Assembly (NCBI GenBank): GCA_040954595.2 | Contig: CM082597.2 | Span: forward strand, 2,776,265-2,840,264 | Length of the DNA: 64,000 nucleotides | Direction of reading: 5' to 3' | Source: Balanoglossus misakiensis | Lineage: Eukaryota > Animalia > Hemichordata | In this document: positions 60,326 to 64,000 of the stretch, piece after piece | Position numbering within the stretch: position 1 is the stretch's first letter | Layout: every line of letters starts with the position of its first letter | The notes under the pieces: model-generated | Database searches by the model: none | What the model was told of the DNA's origin: nothing | The model's input: only the letters and a program-made list of their open reading frames with translations | Translations under genes and position numbers: made by a program

Positions 60326-62005
60326 TTACTTGCCTTCTTCAGAAAGACTGTTTAACGCAATTTTCGTCAGTTCACGTCGGTTTACTTTATTTGTCAATGT
60401 CATTGGAAATTTCTTGAAGAACATCACCTGATCTGGAATATGACCAGCGTGGACGCGACCATGACAAAATTTCATGATGTCTTCTTCTGTACAAGGCTGG
60501 CTTTCTCGTTTGATGACGCAGACACACATACGCTGATATACTTCTTCATCTGGTATAGGCACCACTGCAACTTCTGCTATGCTTGGGTGTCGAGCAATAA
60601 CCTCCTCTATCGCCACTGGGTAAATATTCGTGGCTTTCCTAATTATCATATCATCCACCCGGCCTAAAATCTTGCACCACCCATCTTCATTCATTTCAGC
60701 AAGATCACCACTACGATGCCAGCCATCTGCCAATTTGGCTTCTTCGGTTTTCTTCTTGTCACCCAGGTAGTACAGAAACAGGAATGTGGAACGCACCCAC
60801 AATTCTCCAACCGCATTGCAAGGAACTGTTCTGCCATCCTTATCGACCACCTTGATTTCGTTCCCAGGTGCTGGATACAAACAATGCGGATATTTCCGCA
60901 TGAATTCCTCGTTGATTCCAGACATGCGAGAGAACATTCCATCCATCATTTCTGTCGAACCATAATTATTTACAACAGCGCACTTGAAGACAGAAGCTAC
61001 CGCATTTGCCAGATCTTCTCTGATAATGCTACCAGCTACATAGATCACCTTCAAATGCTTGAACATATAATTTTGAATATTTGGGTGATTAACCAGATCC
61101 GAAAGGACACTCGTGAAGAATAATGTATGCGTTATTTCTTCATCTTTGATTATCTGAAGAATGTTCTCAAGCGACTGTAGTGGTGATACCATAACACTGG
61201 TTGAGCCGAAGACCATGGGTAAAATGATGGCTCTTATAGCGTGCGAATAAGATACCCAGGCAGCAAATAATTCCCTTACCATGGAGTAATCACTCTCTTC
61301 TCCATAAGATGCCAATTCCGCGTTTAACTCGGTGTGGTGAGTATGCACAACGCATTTGGGAACACCCGTGCTGCCAGAGGTAAAGTAAAGGGACAATACA
61401 TCATCGCTGCAAACTTGACGTTGTCTGGCTTTTACATCTTCCTTCGAGGACTGCCCCATACTTATTAACTGCTGGAAGGCAAATGTGCCTTTTCTTGGTT
61501 TCCCATCTAACTGCACAATGGTACGCAGTGATGGAAAGCTAGTAACAGGAATGCTTCCACCATCAAACTGATCCAGCTCAGGGATGATGTCTTCAATTCC
61601 TGCAGATGGGTGATCAGACTGACCATCGATAAGAATCTTACATTCTGTCAGATTGAGCAGCCTTTTCATGACTTCTGATGTAAATCCCACTTCAAACCGA
61701 CCAACTCTCGCACCAACTTTGGCAGCAGCATAAAATGACAGAATCCATTCTAGACGAGTTCCAGCCCAGATACCAATACAGTCGCCGATTTCAACTCCGA
61801 GATGCAGAAATGCTGAAGCCAACGTATCGACTTGTTGCTTTAATTCACTGAAGGTGATTCGCGTTCCATCTGCAGGAAAGACAAAAGCTTCTTTGTTTGG
61901 AAATAGGTCAGCATTGCGATCTATGCAATCACCATACGTGTCCCCAGTAAATCTCGTTGTTGCTGGATTGTGGACATAGCTCCGGGTGAAAGTTGTCGAC
62001 AACAT
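60326..62005 (-). CDS. ACSF2-like acyl-CoA synthetase, copy 2, intronless CDS
   Basis: Likely start MLSTTFTRSYVH after an acceptor at 62020-62021; same motifs as copy 1 (YFTSGSTGVPK, YGSTE, WHRSGDL, TNKVNR). Confidence 0.88.
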   Translation of the reverse strand: MLSTTFTRSYVHNPATTRFTGDTYGDCIDRNADLFPNKEAFVFPADGTRITFSELKQQVDTLASAFLHLGVEIGDCIGIWAGTRLEWILSFYAAAKVGARVGRFEVGFTSEVMKRLLNLTECKILIDGQSDHPSAGIEDIIPELDQFDGGSIPVTSFPSLRTIVQLDGKPRKGTFAFQQLISMGQSSKEDVKARQRQVCSDDVLSLYFTSGSTGVPKCVVHTHHTELNAELASYGEESDYSMVRELFAAWVSYSHAIRAIILPMVFGSTSVMVSPLQSLENILQIIKDEEITHTLFFTSVLSDLVNHPNIQNYMFKHLKVIYVAGSIIREDLANAVASVFKCAVVNNYGSTEMMDGMFSRMSGINEEFMRKYPHCLYPAPGNEIKVVDKDGRTVPCNAVGELWVRSTFLFLYYLGDKKKTEEAKLADGWHRSGDLAEMNEDGWCKILGRVDDMIIRKATNIYPVAIEEVIARHPSIAEVAVVPIPDEEVYQRMCVCVIKRESQPCTEEDIMKFCHGRVHAGHIPDQVMFFKKFPMTLTNKVNRRELTKIALNSLSEEGK

Positions 62006-62835
62006 CTTCAAGAACGAACCTTTGTAAATTAAAAAACACATAAAATTGTTGATGATCAAGGTATAACAAGGTCACCTGTATACCCATATCCCCCTTCCTA
62101 CAAATATCAAATGAATTGTCCATTAAATTGTCCTACTAGTATAACAACATGCTGGAAATATAAAGACTAACCTTATGTTTAGAGTACCTGAGAGATACCG
62201 AAGATGTTGCAAAGAAAGCAGTTGGCTGATAGAAACTAGACGATAGAGTACACACTCACCCTGGGTGTATGGTTGACTACGTGTGAACTCAAAATAGTGC
62301 ATTCACACAAATGAAAATGCCTGGAGGAACGGTCATGTAAGGGTCAAAAACGTGACCAATTACCTGCTGGATACCCCTTTCAGTCTGTGTATATGCTGGG
62401 TGGGGACAGAGATTTTACTTTCTCAGCCTTTTGACGCGGCTGATTACCCACAGAAGCACCGACGATGTAAACGTCTGAAGAGTGGGGTGTAACAGTTAGA
62501 ACAGCTCACAGCACATTCACAGATAGAGTGACAGTACTCATGCACAGCATTAACACTTACATTGATCTACGTTCAGATATTCCCAAGTGAGAACTCATCA
62601 TTTGGAACTGCAAGGTCAACACTTTCTATGTGTTTTCATGCAACATAATCCCAATAGTATAACATTCAGATCAACCATATTAAATTAAGTAGTATGACAC
62701 TAAAACACATGGTGGGCAAGTGTGTGTATACTGCCAGGGCTTTGGTTTTTGGTTGTGTGAAGACCATGTCACTTATCAGCTTTTCAGGTAACTGCTGAGT
62801 AACCGTACGTGTTGTCAAGAAAGCAACTATTTTTA

Positions 62836-62886
62836 ATGGATGAACACCCAATCTCCTGAATGGGTGAACACCCAATCTCCTGAATG
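62836..62886. repeat. 24-bp direct duplication
   Basis: AATGG.TGAACACCCAATCTCCTG occurs twice, inside a duplicated 5' leader module. Confidence 0.8.
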
Positions 62887-63391
62887 CCAGCATTAAACGC
62901 TGGGTGAACTCTTGTCAAGGTCACGTAGAAGTCATGCTACCACACGTGCCTGTAAGACTAAGACATATAACATGACATTGATTGAGATACTGTGTAAAGT
63001 CTACCTTTGCATATTTGAAGTGAACAAAGGATTAAGCAAATGAAAAGTATATTATGTATTATGAAATGACTAATTGATTCTTTTACATGATCTCCTTTGG
63101 GTGCAGTTAAGTGTCAAAACCTTGACCAGATTGGTAATTTTTCTTTGTGTAGTGGTACATACGGTTATCACCTTACGATTATGCAGTATTGTTCACGTGT
63201 CATCGTTATCAGCTGAACCATAATTTTAAACTCGCAAACTATGGCCTTCTCGACATTGTTCTCTAACACACATGTATAGTCTTCACAGTTAGTACAGCTA
63301 CATAACTCAGAAAAAAAACACTACAGTTATAAGGAATGTCCTTTCAAATACGAGGCCTCTTCTTGTTGGCGGACTAATCCATGATGTGATG

Positions 63392-64000
63392 TTACTTGTG
63401 TCCCCTGTCTATCACAATTTTTGTCAGTTCGTGTCGGTTTACTTTATTTGTCAATGTCATTGGAAATTTCTTGAAGAACATCACCTGATCTGGAATATGA
63501 CCAGCGTGTACACGACCATGACAAAATTTCATGATGTCTTCTTCTGTACAAGGCTGACTTTCCCGTTTGATAACGCAGACACACAGACGCTGATTTAGTT
63601 TCTTGTCTGGTATAGGTACCACTTTCACATCTACCACACTTGGGTGTTGAGCAATAACCTGCTCTATCTCCGCTGGGTAAATATTAAAAGCTGCCCGAAT
63701 GATCATGTCATCCATTCGCCCTACAATCTTGCACCATCCATCTTCATTCATTTCAGCAAGATCACCACTCCGAAGCCAGCTGTCTGCAAGTTTTACTTCT
63801 TCGGTTTTCTTCTTGTCGCCTAGGTAGTACAGGAAATGGAACTGCGACCGAACCCAGAGCTCCCCAACTGTATTGCGGGGAACTATTCTCCCCTCCTTAT
63901 CGACCACCTTAATTTCATTCCCAGGCGAAGCATACAAACCATACGGGTACTTGCGCATTAATTCCTTGCTGAATCCAGGTGCACGAGAAAACATAGGATC
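63392..64000 (-). CDS. ACSF2-like acyl-CoA synthetase, copy 3, 5'-partial (runs off the window)
   Basis: Open frame to the window end; GELWVRS, WLRSGDL, GRMDDMIIR, TNKVNR. Confidence 0.85.
   Translation of the reverse strand, partial: DPMFSRAPGFSKELMRKYPYGLYASPGNEIKVVDKEGRIVPRNTVGELWVRSQFHFLYYLGDKKKTEEVKLADSWLRSGDLAEMNEDGWCKIVGRMDDMIIRAAFNIYPAEIEQVIAQHPSVVDVKVVPIPDKKLNQRLCVCVIKRESQPCTEEDIMKFCHGRVHAGHIPDQVMFFKKFPMTLTNKVNRHELTKIVIDRGHK

Overview
Animal (invertebrate, probably deuterostome; inferred) genomic DNA with GT-AG introns, microsatellites and MITEs. In order: a 5'-truncated nephrin-like gene (+; 9 Ig + FN3 + TM + Tyr/Pro-rich tail); FDXACB1 (-) and ANAPC13 (-), 108 nt apart and head-to-head with RPS19 (+); a lachesin/DIP/IgLON-like GPI-anchored 3Ig+FN3 gene (+) with a 10.4-kb first intron; an intronless sepiapterin-reductase-like SDR (+); two convergent paralogous 3-Ig GPI-anchored genes; and a co-oriented (-) block of one glycine N-acyltransferase-like gene plus at least three intronless ACSF2-like acyl-CoA synthetases. 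The best leads are: (1) ANAPC13 seems to sit inside the 5' leader/intron of FDXACB1, so one promoter may give two unrelated proteins; (2) the acyl-CoA synthetase + N-acyltransferase block may be an animal metabolic gene cluster; (3) the Ig paralogues and the synthetases show patchy identity suggestive of gene conversion; (4) a nephrin exon end and splice donor is present in four tandem copies. All exon boundaries and mismatch counts were read by eye and need RNA or alignment confirmation.
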